In this document: positions 1-15,189 of the stretch, in pieces
How the letters are laid out: every line of letters begins with the position of its first letter
Numbering within the stretch: the stretch's first letter is position 1
From: Eledone cirrhosa
Taxonomy: Eukaryota
Length of the DNA stretch: 64,000 nt
Assembly (NCBI GenBank): GCA_964016885.1
Contig: OZ024745.1
Coordinates: 111,848,001 to 111,912,000 of the forward strand
Direction of reading: 5' to 3'
The notes under the pieces: model-generated
What the model was told of the DNA's origin: nothing
The model's database searches: none
Seen by the model: the letters and a program-made list of their open reading frames with translations, nothing else
Position numbers and translations under genes: made by a program

Positions 1-119
1 TTAATCACACTACCCTGACTAGGAAGAGTTAGAGAATGAAAATAAGCAGGTTTGGAGTATGAAGTTAGCTTTATGATGCTTTGTGCAGTTTCACTATGAA
101 TACTGTGGTAAATGAATAA

Positions 120-191
120 ACTTCTAGAATGGTGACAATTACATGTAAATCTCAAACTTCTAGAATGGTGACAATTACATGTAAATCTCAA
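120..191. repeat. 36-bp direct tandem duplication
   Basis: acttctagaatggtgacaattacatgtaaatctcaa occurs twice head-to-tail. Confidence 0.9.
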
Positions 192-370
192 TGTTTTGTA
201 AATAATCTTGTCATAATAATTTTTGTAAATATAGTATTGACATTTTTAGGTAAATTTTTACAACTACCATTAAGCCATTTGACACTACTAAGCCATTTGA
301 CAACCCTATCACCTTCTTGTCATCAACATTAACTATAAAAGGTTATTGAATACAATCAACAATGTCAATA

Positions 371-624
371 CAGTGGAACCTTGGTTCACAAATTCAATTT
401 GTTCCTGAAGGTCGTTTGTCACCCGAAATGTTCTTAAACCATAACTATTTTTCCTATACAAAATGTCAAGAGAGAAATACAGTGAAAAAGAGACTGTAAA
501 AGGTAGATATATATCACCATAGTAACTTACACAGCAAGTGATGCTTTCCTGCTGATACTCCAAGCTTGTTACCAGCTTGCGTGTTCATTACTCGAGACAC
601 CGTTCATGAACCGAGGTTCCATTG
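371..624. mobile_element. pogo/Tigger-type MITE
   Basis: TIRs cagtggaaccttggttcacaaa / ttcatgaaccgaggttccattg with TA on both sides (TA TSD). Confidence 0.75.
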
Positions 625-835
625 TAGAATACTTGCATTATTTACATTCTTTCATTATTGAATGTCAAGATAAAATCTATATATAAATTTCTGCAATTCT
701 ATCACAACACGTAAAGAGAAAGGAGTAGTTTGACTACCTCATACTACTCCTCTCTCTTTACATCTGCTGCCGGCGTGAATGTATGTGTGTGTAAAAGGAA
801 AGAAGGGGATGTGTGTCTTTATTTGTTTATATGTG

Positions 836-1017
836 TGAATTGGCAGTATCGGTAGAGGGTCGGACGCCATGCTTTCCAGCATAGTTACGTCCCTTTACCA
901 TCTGAGTTCAAATCCCGCCGAGGTTGACTTTGCCTTTCATCCTTACGGGGTCGATAAAATAAAGTACCAGTAATGCACTGGTAATTGCTGGCCTTGTGCC
1001 TAAAGTAGAAACAATTA
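836..1017 (+). mobile_element. tRNA-derived SINE, family A
   Basis: A-box-like tggcagtatcgg, B-box gagttcaaatccc, central gcctttcatccttacggggtcgataaaataaagtacc, 3' ggccttgtgcctaaagtagaaacaatt; more than 10 copies in the window. Confidence 0.9.
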
Positions 1018-1498
1018 ATTATGCAGACATTCAATATTTCAATGTTATTATCAACTGTCATTTCATCAGAATAATTTTATTGAGAACCTGTTTGGTTTTT
1101 ATAGAGAATATTAAGAGGGAGGGGTGAAGTTGTTAGAAGAATAGTTAAGGGAGTGGATAGAGATTTTTTTGATAGCAGTGAGAATTTTTGGTAGCAGTGA
1201 GTAATTAGATTCCCATCTGTTGTTTTGACATTTTTATAGAATACATTATTTGGCGTTGGTTATTTTTCTAAATCTATAGAAGGATTAGAGATAGTAAAGA
1301 TATGCATGGTTGGTTTTGTGTTTGCACTTAATTAACATACAGACTTAAATTTTTCTTTCAAGTGTACGTATCCGTTCGCCCACACATTCACACACAAACA
1401 TATATGCACACCTCTACAAAATACATACACTCATATATATATATATATATATACAATGATATTAAATAAATGGAAACTATATTTATAAAACCATATTT

Positions 1499-1559
1499 AT
1501 TCTATTATATATATTTCAAGGGTACCAAATATTTTGGTACGTTATCATCAGATAAAATA
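1499..1559 (-). ncRNA. type I hammerhead ribozyme (partly degenerate)
   Basis: Minus strand: tattttat-CTGATGA-taac gtaccaaa ata tttggtac cctt-GAAA-tatata-TA-atagaata; stem I pairs, distal stem II 8 bp, base of stem II mismatched. Confidence 0.65.
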
Positions 1560-1674
1560 CAAAATGTTTTATAAATATTTGACATGACCAAGGATAATAT
1601 ACCTTAACGGTTCAAGTTATCCCTGACTTTCCAGGGATAACTTGAATTGCAAACTTGACTGTCACCACACATTA

Positions 1675-1713
1675 TGAACCTGAAGATTGCGAAAGCATGA
1701 AAGTACTTGTTCA
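1675..1713 (+). ncRNA. minimal type I hammerhead ribozyme
   Basis: tgaac-CTGAAGA-t tgc gaaa gca t-GAAA-gtac-TT-gttca: 5-bp stem I, 3-bp stem II with GAAA loop, palindromic helix III (AGTACT). Confidence 0.8.
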
Positions 1714-1825
1714 ATCAACACTTAACATTTAATATTCTACCATACTATTTCATTCTAATACCATTATAAATTTTAAAGGATTGTAAATAAAATGAGTAAA
1801 TCAGACAAAGTTGGAATTCCTTTTA

Positions 1826-1864
<39 letters not shown>

Positions 1865-2642
1865 TTGAACACACATGCACTTACCTGTAAACATGTTTAC
1901 ATAAAGATATATACAGACACACAACTCAAAAACATTCACTTCTATATGTATCTTCATGATGATGTGTGCTTCTAATTTAGATGTTCCTCTTTGAGAATAA
2001 TCTTTGAAATTCATTACATTTTTTAATACAGATAAGTATCATTACATATATATTTTTCTATCACACCTTCTCCTCTCACCCAATTCTCTCTCTCTCTCTC
2101 CCTCTCTCTCGTTATTATATACCTCTATCTTTTTTCTTTTCAATAATCCCTCTTATTCCTTCTTTACTCCAACTCTACTTATCTTTGGTTATCTTTTATC
2201 ACCTAAATTTACTTTCTCCACATACTTACATTTTTTCTTTTGTGTTTTCTCTTTTATATATTTTCATTGCATATTCTCACTATGACTAGTTTCAGTCAAT
2301 CTCTCCCCGTTCTCTTTCTCTCCCTCTCTCTCTCGTCTCTTGTCTCTCTCTTCTCTCCCTCTCTCGTCTCCCTCTCTTCTCTTCCTCTCCCCCTCCTCGC
2401 ATATCTCTCTCCCCCTTCTCTCGCCTATCTCCTCTCTCTCCTTTCTTTATTTAGATTTTTATACATCATCATTCATTTTGAGTGTTCTGTAATTTTTTAA
2501 ATTTCACTCTTCTCTCTCTTTTCTTTACCTATTGTCTTTATTTTCATCTATTGATGTGTGTTGAAAGTACATGCAGATGCAAATATATATATGGTGATGA
2601 TGATATGTATATATATATGGTGATGATATATATATATGGTGA

Positions 2643-2711
<69 letters not shown>

Positions 2712-3134
2712 TATATTTATATATATATATATGTACACGTACACATATATATATAGATATACACACATATTTGTGAGAGAGATAATCAGATAAATTGTTG
2801 TGTAGGTATTTTTTCAATAAGCATTAATACACATCTGTTTGTAATAGATTTTATATTTATCCTCTCTAAATGATACAAATTTACCAAAAGTACTAGTAAA
2901 TAAATGAACAAAACAATAGGAAACAAAAAAGACAAACACTTTATAAATAAAACAAATTATCAAAATACTAATATTTTCATAAAAGATAAAACCTTTCAAT
3001 AGTACAACTTATAATTGAATTTCCTTTTAGAGAATAGAACAAGTTATCCAAACATTCTAAGAATAAAGTTTGTTTGGTTTAAAGGTTACAAATCAAACAC
3101 AACTAAGTCAACATCTTGGTATTATGTGTCTGCA

Positions 3135-3410
3135 TGTACATATACACATATATACATATCTATACATATACATGTACATACATATACATGTACACACATA
3201 TACATGTACATACATATACATATCTATACATATACATGTACATACATATACATGTACATACATATACATGTACATACATATACATGTACATACATATACA
3301 TGTACATACATATACATGTACATACATATACATGTACACATATATACATATCTATACATATACATGTACATACATATACATGTACGTACATATACATGTA
3401 CATACACACA
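3135..3410. repeat. 16-bp TA/CA-derived minisatellite (tacatgtacatacata)n
   Basis: Direct periodicity; ORF track shows 16-aa period. Confidence 0.85.
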
Positions 3411-3439
3411 CACACACATAAATGTATATATATTTATAT

Positions 3440-3630
3440 CATCATCATCGATTAACGTCTATCTTCCACGCTAGCAAGGGTTAGATGGGTTTGTACCATT
3501 TAGGGGCAAGTTGGGTTGGGTGACCGTGTCTCGCTCATATAGGAGAGTTTCTGGCTGGTTTTCTATGTCTGGATGCCCTTCCTAGCGCCAACCACATTTA
3601 CAGTGTGTGCTGGGTGCTTTTTGCCGTCTT
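3440..3630 (-). mobile_element. RTE LINE 3' UTR / SINE-B-type tail fragment
   Basis: (atc)n tail plus ctggatgcccttcct...ccaaccacatttacag motif shared with other copies. Confidence 0.7.
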
Positions 3631-3660
3631 TTGCTTTTACACATCATATATATATATATA

Positions 3661-4351
3661 CAGTGCATCTTCGCTTATCCGGATATCGCTTTTCCGAAAT
3701 TCGATTTACCGGACGGCTATTTCTATACTACCTCCGGATGAGGAGGACTTGATTTCGGCAGACGGACAGATTCGAGCAGCATTTCTTCCAGCGAACGTTA
3801 CGTCACTTATTCAGCCAATGGAGCAGGGAGTTTTGGAGACACTAAAGCGGATTTACAGAAAACAATTGCTGCGGGATTTGATCGGAAAAGGGGACACGGG
3901 AATGATTCCATTTTTACGTGCGATAAACATGAGGGAGGTGGTTGACCGTTCAGCTGTTGTGCGGAAATGGTAGTGGGAAATGGTAGTGGGAAATGGTAGC
4001 GGGAAATGGTAGCGGGAAATGGTAGCGGAACAACGAGCTTCGGCGCAAAAACAATCTTCTATTTATTCATTTTTAAAAAAGTACTAACTTTTTATGGTTT
4101 GACTCAATTCAGTTTTACCAAGTTTTTAGTTATTCTTATGTTTGTTTAATTAATTTTCTTATAAATTCTAGCTGTTCTTTTGTTATTCTAATAAACTTTC
4201 TTTACTTAGCATTTGTCTTTTATTTTGACTAAAAGAAGCCAAAACATTAGAAACCACGAGCATTATGTAACAATGGGATTTTTGAATTCACTTATCCGGA
4301 TCTTTTCCTAACTGTTTGGTTTTGACTGTCCGCATAAGCGAAGATTCACTG
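3661..4351 (+). mobile_element. internally deleted pogo/Tigger DNA transposon
   Basis: TIRs cagtgcatcttcgcttatccgga / ccgcataagcgaagattcactg, TA TSD; DDE_1-type motif FLPANVTSLIQPMEQGVLETLKRIYRK; internal 13-bp tandem (gggaaatggtags). Confidence 0.9.
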
Positions 4352-5234
4352 TACTTACATATATATATACACACATACATACATCATATGGTCTTAAAAA
4401 TATGAAGATATTTCAGTTATCATAATGTTTTAGTGATGATTGGATGTTTTTCTCAAGGAGATCTCGTTCTCTAACAATTTATGTATGTTATTAATATCTC
4501 TAATGATACAAAAGGGATGTAAAGTTATGTGTTTATGTGGTTTATTTGTTTTTATGCTCAGATCTAATTTATGGATTTACTCCAGACTAGGAATCTTAGG
4601 GTTTGTCTTTGTTTTCTAGAGCCCTGGTTTCTCTTTCCACCATCTCCTTTTCATATATATATGTATAATATTTATTTAATAAATAAATATATAATATTTA
4701 TTTTATATATACATATATATATAAGAATGTCAAATCTAAAAAAGTACCATATTACCTGTAATTCCAGCTCAAAGGAATAAATCTGAGCATTCATTATAAA
4801 ATTAAAAAAAGATTGACATATACTTAAATAAGCATAGCATAAACAGGCATAAAGTTGTAAAATGATGTAAGAACATATATCTAATTCCAAAAGGCAGCAT
4901 ATTTAAAATGTAAATACCTATATTTCAGTAATTTTTCATATCCTTGCATACATATTCTACTATTGCTTAAGAATATGTTTCACCAATTAAATGGCTGAGT
5001 TCAATAGTCAATCAGTGGATCATCAGTGCAAGGTTGATTGATGTATGAGCTCACACTGCTAAATACAAATCTGGAACTGAAGAAAAAGCACACATGGTTT
5101 AAATCACTACACCTAATCATTGTCTCGGTGGCGTGAAAGATATATTGATAGCTAGAAATATCAGCCCTACTAAAAATATATTTAGGAGCATATTTATATT
5201 ACTAACAATAAGAATGTCAAGTCTAAAAAAGTTT

Positions 5235-6260
5235 TTTTTTCAGACAAGCACCTGCAATTCCTATTCCTCTCATATCTTGTCTGTGCTTGGGTTTTCATTA
5301 ATGAAATACAGTTGTAAATATTTTGGTTCTTTTTCTGAAAGTGGCTGAAGTGGTCCAATTTTGTGATATACTTGCCCTTGGTTCTTGAAAGTGGGTACCA
5401 AGCCACCTTCATGGATGACATATGCACCAAATGATGTCATTTGAAATGCATTATTGTATTTCTGGATATTTTGAAGAAAGTGACTTGATTCAGTAGTTGT
5501 ACCAATCAGCAGTCACCTCAAGGGATCTTATGGTTCAGGTAATAGTCTAAACTTAATCTTTCCAGCACAATCCAGTTGACTCACTAGTCTATTTTTTAGC
5601 ACCATAATTTGGATAAATTTTGTTCATTGCAGAAATTTGAATTAAAGGTTCTGAAGCATAGTATTCATGTGGATTGTAACTAAAAGCAGCAAAGTTCCAC
5701 TCAACAACCTTTTAAAATCATAAATCCTTTGTTCTTCCTTTCTATTCACATAGCCTTTGAGTCGTTTGAACTTCAGTTTCTTCATGCCACCTTTGAGCTG
5801 CTCTATTTCTCTCCATTTGCTGTCTTAATGATTTTCATACATCTGATTCTTCTTAATGAATAGTTGCTTCCATTGTTCTATTTTCAGCAAGCCTTTTTTG
5901 ATCTTTGTTCCTGTCATTTCATCCTGTCTATTCTGTGCACTTCTTATTCTTTGTTGTTGAAGCCATGATGATCTTTGTGCATTTGATTCATCCTATTTTG
6001 TGCTGTAGTTTTGTACATCTAATTCCTCTTGACAAAAAGTTGCTTTCTTTGTCCTATCATTAGCAAACCTTTTTGATCTTTGTTCTGATTCATTTGCCTA
6101 TATTTTGCTGTTGCTTTTCTTTTTCTTTGGAGTCTTTCTTGTCGCTCATCTTCATTTTCATTCTCTCTTTGTAGCTGCTTTGTCATAGCTTTGAGATTTT
6201 CTTCCAAATGAAGGTCTATTCTTTGGTGGCATTTTTTACTTGCAGCTTCAAATGCCACTA
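5235..6260 (-). pseudogene. Helitron Rep/helicase N-terminal coding remnant
   Basis: Minus-strand frames (with frameshifts) give HFLQNIQ.YNNAFQMTSFG...PTFKNQGQVYHKIGPLQPLSEKEPKYLQLYF, and charged ENEDERQERL region upstream. Confidence 0.85.
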
Positions 6261-6796
6261 TTTATCTAAAAATTAAAATTTTTTCTGATAATGGTGGATT
6301 TAAGTCGAATTAAATTTCGTTGAATGTGGATTCACTGCATTAACTTTCAGTTATTTTTTGGAAACAACAGCCAAAAGCGAATGGAAATGAATATGCAAAA
6401 AAATATTACAGGTTTTACACATGTTATTTTTAGTAGTGTTTACATAAATCAAATATAGAACCCCAAATTTAATGAGGGGCTGATACGCGCACACACATAT
6501 ACACATGGCGCTATATAAAAAAATGTGGCATATATACACACACATGGGAAAGATAGGAAGAAGATATGGGTAAGAAACCCTCAGGAGAGCTGAACAACAG
6601 AAGGTCTTCAGAGAAGAAACCCTGCCTCCTGCAAGTGTTTTGTCACTACTCAATAAATGTAATGGCGACATAACAAATCAACCTTTTATTATTATAATTA
6701 CACTCTGCCTAGTCCTATACCTTTTTATACACTGTAAACTATGTATCGAGTGCTCACTTAGGTGAACCTAAAGTAACTACACGTTTCATTCCTTAG

Positions 6797-6832
<36 letters not shown>

Positions 6833-6849
6833 GTATATATATATGTATA

Positions 6850-6918
<69 letters not shown>

Positions 6919-7190
6919 GTATATATATATGTATATATATGTATATATATGTATATATATATGAATAAGACCCGTCCCACCCTTGCAAGCAGGGAAAAGC
7001 GGACGTAAAATGATGATGATGATGATGATGATATGATATTGTACTCAGCTTGGTTTTTCTAGAACAGTTATTTTCTACATTTGGATTCCCACATTTCAAA
7101 TTACAAATCATGCCATGCAAGTGCCTTGATAAATCATGTGATTTATATATATTTATATATATACATACATCATATGATTTATTTGTGTAC

Positions 7191-7235
<45 letters not shown>

Positions 7236-7342
7236 CATTATATATATATATATATATAATATACATTATATATATATATTATATATATATATATATTATA
7301 TACATTATATATATATTATATATATATATATATTATATACAT

Positions 7343-7373
<31 letters not shown>

Positions 7374-7521
7374 CATTATATATATATTATATACATTATA
7401 TATATATATATATTATATACATTTTATATATATATATTATATACATTATATATACACATTATATATATATATATTATATACATTATATATATATACACAT
7501 TGTATATATATATATATATAT

Positions 7522-7562
<41 letters not shown>

Positions 7563-7577
7563 TATATATATACACAT

Positions 7578-7609
<32 letters not shown>

Positions 7610-7656
7610 TATATACATATATATATATATATACACACACACATATATATATATAT

Positions 7657-7739
<83 letters not shown>

Positions 7740-7752
7740 TATATATATATAT

Positions 7753-7792
<40 letters not shown>

Positions 7793-7795
<3 letters not shown>

Positions 7796-7986
7796 GCAAC
7801 ATGGTAAAAACCTCCCAGTCCCACACTGTAAATGTGGTTGGTGTTAGGAAGGGCATCCAGCTGTAGAAAACCCGCCAGACAGTCCTATGCGAGCAAGACA
7901 ACCACTCTTGCCTCAAGTGGGAAAACTCCCATCCAAACCCATGCAAGCGTGGAACATGGACGTTAAACGATGATGATGATGATGAT
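7793..7986 (+). mobile_element. 5'-truncated RTE LINE 3' UTR copy
   Basis: Near-identical to the reverse complement of 10960-11170; ends in (gat)n. Confidence 0.85.
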
Positions 7987-8368
7987 ATACACACACACAT
8001 ATATATATATATATACACACACATATATATATATATATACACACACATATATATATATATATACATACACACATGTCCTAATAACTTATTTTAGTTATTA
8101 TCGCTCCAACGTGAGGTATATGATTTTTAATGCGATGAAATACCCATGATCGTTTGGTAAATCACTGATGAGGGACTCATTTTATAACATGTTATCCATG
8201 TGCAACCAGCAGTATTCTTCTTACCCATATTTTCATATATATATATATATTGTTATACAGTGAGTGTGTTCTTTTATTAATTCTGGCAATATTACACAAA
8301 TATGACCCTCCCCAAATATAACAATATTTGTTTCGACACACGATTTCATATCAAAAACCTCGCAAAAC

Positions 8369-8840
<472 letters not shown>

Positions 8841-9122
8841 TATATATATATATATAATGTGTGTATATATATATATATACACATTATATATATATATATA
8901 TACATATATATATACACATTATATATATATATATACACATTATATATATATACACATTATATATATATATATACATATATATATACACATTATATATATA
9001 TATATACACATTATATATATATACACATTATATATATATACACATATATATATATATATATACACACATATATATATATATATATACACATATATATACA
9101 TATTATATATATAATATGTATA

Positions 9123-9153
<31 letters not shown>

Positions 9154-9237
9154 GTGTATATATATATAATGTGTATATATATATAATGTGTATATATATA
9201 TATATATATAATGTGTATATATATATGTATATATATA

Positions 9238-9278
<41 letters not shown>

Positions 9279-9285
9279 TACACAC

Positions 9286-9390
<105 letters not shown>

Positions 9391-9443
9391 TATACACATT
9401 ATATATATATATATATATACACATTATATATATATATATATAT

Positions 9444-9495
<52 letters not shown>

Positions 9496-9508
9496 CAAAC
9501 CAGGATTT

Positions 9509-9568
9509 TTTCATTCTGAGGATTGAAAGCAAAACCTTTTGCTTTTAAGAAACCACTGGTAAATGGAA
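9509..9568 (+). ncRNA. type I hammerhead ribozyme in a ~105-bp island inside (TA)n
   Basis: tttcatt-CTGAGGA-ttgaaagcaaaa cc ttttgcttttaa-GAAA-cca c tgg-TA-aatggaa: all three stems pair; GUA cleavage triplet. Confidence 0.85.
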
Positions 9569-9594
9569 TAATTGCCTTATCTTGTTTATTACAT

Positions 9595-9697
<103 letters not shown>

Positions 9698-9718
9698 TAT
9701 ATATATATATATATACAC

Positions 9719-9761
<43 letters not shown>

Positions 9762-9788
9762 TATATATATATATATATATATATACAC

Positions 9789-9827
<39 letters not shown>

Positions 9828-9897
9828 TATATATATACACATATTATATATATACACATATTATATATATATATATATATACACATATTATATATAT

Positions 9898-10055
<158 letters not shown>

Positions 10056-10959
10056 AGGGAGAGAGAAAAAGATATTGATTCTATAGATAAGGATATCTAT
10101 ATAAGATGTTAAAGCAGTTGTTTTACACCTTTTCCTTTCCTTCCCTTCATCAACAATTGTATTGTGAAGTTATGTAAAAAAATTTATGCCTATTTTCAAA
10201 CTACAGCTCATTGCATTCATACAGTGTTTGAAATTCAATCAATACCTAGCTGGATGGGTATGAATATTTGTAGAGAAAACAGTAGATTGAAGGTAATTTG
10301 TAAAGGATTTTATATCACATATTCTTGTGTGAATATTGTTGTTGCATGCTTAGATAATGGATAAATATTTTTTTGTCTCCCACGTTGGTATGATAAATGC
10401 AATTGGAAGCCTGACCTTTATAATATGTCATATGTGTGAATAGGAAATCAACCCTATTGACTTTATTTCCCCAAGAAAAACTAATGTCTTTTCCAGGCAG
10501 CTAGGTGTAGGTGAATTACGGTGATGTAGAATAAAGTGTTTTGCCCAGATACACAATTAAAGAGCTACTGTGGATTTGATCTTACAATCCATGAAAGAGT
10601 AGTCTAATAATTTTACCTTATCCACTCAGCCATTTCATTTTCTATAAACTGGAGTTTTCTGCAGCTTAACCATCTTAATACCAACACAGCTGAAACTGCT
10701 CCAGTTTTATGATACACAACTACTCATTTTAAATTGTTCAAACTCTAGTTCCATCTTTATATTTCCTATTTGCATTGCATTGGCTCTCCCAACACTTTCT
10801 TTCTTACATATCCCACAATGCTTCATATAAACTACACACACACAGATATATATGTATCCTTATACACTGATGCACACAGATATGCATTTTTGCTACTATT
10901 CACAATTTTCATTTGATGCAACAATGGTCCAGAAGTATTACCAACTTTGTTATATATAT

Positions 10960-10992
<33 letters not shown>

Positions 10993-11268
10993 GTTTAACG
11001 TCCATGTTCCACGCTTGCATGGGTTTGGACGGGAGTTTTCCCACTTGAGGCAAGAGTGGTTGTCTTGCTCGCATAGGACTGTCTGGCGGGTTTTCTACAG
11101 CTGGATGCCCTTCCTAACACCAACCACATTTACAGTGTGGGACTGGGAGGTTTTTACCGTGTTGCCTACATGGCCACATTACAGCTTGGACTGTGTGTTT
11201 TTTTTGTCGTGACACCTACACGACCTCATTTGTTTCGGCCTGGATGGTGTGGCACCAACATAACTTTA
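10960..11268 (-). mobile_element. 5'-truncated RTE LINE 3' UTR copy
   Basis: Colinear with 56726-57035, which is attached to RTE coding sequence; (gat)n tail. Confidence 0.85.
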
Positions 11269-11288
11269 CATATATATATATATATATA

Positions 11289-11455
11289 TAGGAACCAGTA
11301 AGACCCCGACAGCTGAGCTCAAGCCGTTTCGACGGCTAACGGCTTGAGCTCAGCTGTCGGGGTCTTACTGGTTCCTATTACCCACTCTACTACCTCAAGT
11401 ATTGAGTACTTTGGTGCGTTATGGTCCACCTGGTTCCTTACCACATTTCCTTCGT
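11289..11455. mobile_element. fold-back island in (TA)n with the 3' half of a hammerhead
   Basis: Perfect 40-bp inverted arms 11289-11328/11338-11377 plus one-sided tail; minus strand reads GAAA-cggct tgagctc agctg-TC-gggg. Confidence 0.7.
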
Positions 11456-11479
11456 TATATATATATATATATATATATA

Positions 11480-12267
<788 letters not shown>

Positions 12268-13639
12268 TATATATATAAGCATCATTATCATCATCCTTTT
12301 TACCTGCTAACAAGTACTTAATTGGAGCCACTGACCTCTCAGATGAAATAGGGCTCACTTCTCACTTATATACATTCTTGTCTCTACAGATTGTAGTGGG
12401 TGCATTTTATTGTGGCACCAGAACTAGGGAGGTTGTCAGCCAAGGACACAACAAGCACCCTAGTGTTGTAATAAGGTAGTGTTGATGCCTTGGTAAAATG
12501 CTTCCAGAACACGCTGTATAGTTTGTTTTAGCCATAGAAACCAAGCCCAAAACGGAATGTATAAGCAAAATGTGGTCACCTGACTGTTCTAACCTTAAAA
12601 TGGGACAACCCATCTAACCCATGCAGGCATGGAAAATAGACATTAAACAGTAATGATGATGATATATAGATATATATATAGATATGTATATCACCCAATA
12701 TGTCCTTGTTAATTTTCCATCTGCTGTCCCTTGCCTGTTTGATACCTTTTCATCTCTCAAATACATTTCATCAATCTTTTTCCTTTATACAAGGGTCTTG
12801 CCCATTTGGATAGGTCATTGAATATACAAAAGTTGATCCAAACCCTCCAGGGACCACACTTACAATAAATAAAAAAGATATAGCTGTTTTTTTTTAAGCA
12901 TTTAAAAAAATAAAATTACATCAGAAGATTTGCTTATTTAGTAATGTAATGAAAATAATGCTTGTTTATTTTGAGCCCTGAGACAGCAGTGTTAGGTTTC
13001 TTAATATCTCAAACTGCTGTGTGAGCAGATCTTTTGTCATTATTTAAACAGAGACATTTATAAACACTAGAAGTATGCTGCTTGGCAAAAGCATATTTTG
13101 ATTACCACCAAAGAGTCCCTGTGGAGGAACTATCAAAAGCTTTGAGGAAGGAATATGTCTATGTTATTTATGGTTATTGAAGCTCATGTATATCAAGTTG
13201 GTGAAAATTGATGCTACCTATTGATTTTGGCTTCTGTTTTATGATTGATGACACAATAGATTTACCAAAAAAAAGACAGGAATATGGACATCAATGGTAA
13301 GGCAATATGTGAGAAATAATAAGCCTGATATTAACAGAGAACTCTATCATAATAGAGAAAGTGCATGGCCTACTGGTTAGAATGTTGGACTCTCAACAAT
13401 AAGGTCATGGGTTCGATTCTTGGACCATGCCATGTATTGTGTTCTTGAGTGAGGTGCTTCATTTCACACTGTTTTTCATGATAGGACTTGGGCCTTTATC
13501 ATTAAAACAGAGAAACATTCTATGAAATACAATCATTTAAGAAGCCAGCTAAATCTGCTTAGGTAAGAACTGTAATTTTGATTTTGTTTTTTCCATCTTT
13601 TATGGCACCAGCAAAATAGCACAAGAAATGTCTGTCAGA

Positions 13640-13800
13640 CTCTCTCACCTTAATTGCAGATGAAACAAATGACAAAACAAATGACATTTTGACTACTAAA
13701 CTGCTCTCACTTGTTCTGTTTTATGTTTTTGACAATGTTCACCTTCAGTTATGTGTTGCCTAGTACTATGATGGCATCTCATTCATAAGCAGAAAACTGG
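13640..13800 (+). pseudogene. hAT (ZMYM1-like) transposase fragment
   Basis: LIADETND...LLSLVLFYVFD resembles the hAT first catalytic-Asp region. Confidence 0.5.
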
Positions 13801-13835
13801 TTGGTTTAATTGTGAAGCTGTATGGCTGCATGCGA

Positions 13836-14472
13836 TTGTTCCATTTACAGTCCACTACCACACCCACTGACTAGTGAAGTACACCCCATTGTTCCATTTA
13901 CAGTCTGCCCACTACCACACCCACTGACTAGTGAAGTACACCCCATTGTCCCATCTACAGTCTGTCCACTACCACACCCACTGACTAATGAAGTACACCC
14001 CATTGTTCCATTTACAGTCTGTCCACTGCCACACCCACTGACTAATGAAGTACACCCCATTGTTCCATTTACAGTCCACTACCACACCCACTGACTAATG
14101 AAGTACACCCCATTGTCCCATTTACAGGCCACTACCACACCCTCTGACTAATGAAGTAGACCCCATTGTTCCATTTACAGTCCACTACCACACCCACTGA
14201 CTAATGAAGTACACCCCATTGTCCCATTTACAGGCCACTACCACACCCTCTGACTAATGAAGTAGACCCCATTGTCCCATTTACAGTCCACTACCACACC
14301 CACTGACTAATGAAGTACACCCCATTGTCCCATTTACAGGCCACTACCACACCCTCTGACTAATGAAGTAGACCCCATTGTCCCATTTACAGTCCACTAC
14401 CACACCCACTGACTAATGAAGTACACCCCATTGTTCCATTTACAGTCTGTCTACTGTCACATCCACTGACTC
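13836..14472. repeat. 52-57-bp minisatellite, about 12 units
   Basis: ccccattgtyccatttacagtc(tgtc)cactaccacacccactgactaatgaagtaca repeated without spacers. Confidence 0.95.
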
Positions 14473-14559
14473 AATGTGGAATTGATTGATTGTGTAAAAA
14501 TTGTATAGACTGTGGGATAATTTTTCAGCATACTTCTGCAACTCTACTTGTCCAGGGCT

Positions 14560-14980
14560 TGATTCACTGTGCACTGTGTATCAGTATATTGAGCGAGAGA
14601 AAAAGGTGGATAACCAGTGGAGCTGAAATGTTTGTTTGATATATAGTGGATCTGATATTAAACATTAGTCTTCTTGTTCTCTTTGAATAAATTCTATGAA
14701 TCAAGCCTCTGGCAAAAATCCTGCAATCATCTTCACTGGATATGTATACAGCAAGCAAATTCATATCCAGTTGAATTGGGAATCTTGATATTAAGGGAAT
14801 TAAGCTGGGTAACAAGGGTGTGTGGCATACAATCAATCAATAGGCCACTGAATTTGATCATAATCAGCTTGTTTTGGAGGTGTCAAAGTTGTGAGGCAAA
14901 CTGCTATAGCATTTGGGGGTCACTGTAGTCAGAGAGGGTGTTGGAAGCTGGTCAAACTGTAGTGGATATCTTTTCACAAA
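14560..14980 (-). mobile_element. decayed CR1/L2-like LINE reverse-transcriptase fragment
   Basis: Minus-strand DCMPHTLVTQLNSLNI (AFDxVPH-like) and EDDCRIF (ADD-like) motifs. Confidence 0.5.
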
Positions 14981-15189
14981 TTTTCACAGTTAGACTTTCA
15001 TTCCTATTTTGGGTTAGTTATTCTGAAAGTCCTGGTATTGCTTTTCAGTAGAAAACTGTAATACTATGAAGAACCTTTAGCATTTTAGTTTTCAAAAGGA
15101 ACAGTTTCTTAACATGACAATCTCAAATTCATAACAGAGACATTAGCTAAATTTAGATGGTCTGAAAACAAAATGTGAAAAGCATCTCA

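Larger units (their letters stand above)
1453..1830. mobile_element. Penelope-like LTR/retrozyme-type island in (TA)n carrying two hammerheads
   Basis: Non-microsatellite island flanked by (TA)n; hammerhead cores on both strands; central hairpin at 1611-1646; left part resembles 20225-20385. Confidence 0.65.

Noticed and set aside
2850-2902. Possible hammerhead remnant (aaaagtacta gtaaata)
   Set aside because: The core CUGANGA and stem II are not recoverable; too degenerate to call.
13836-14472. CRISPR-like appearance of regular repeats (also 37316-37533, 49188-49670, 58850-59395)
   Set aside because: There are no unique spacers and no cas genes, and the context is eukaryotic; these are plain minisatellites.
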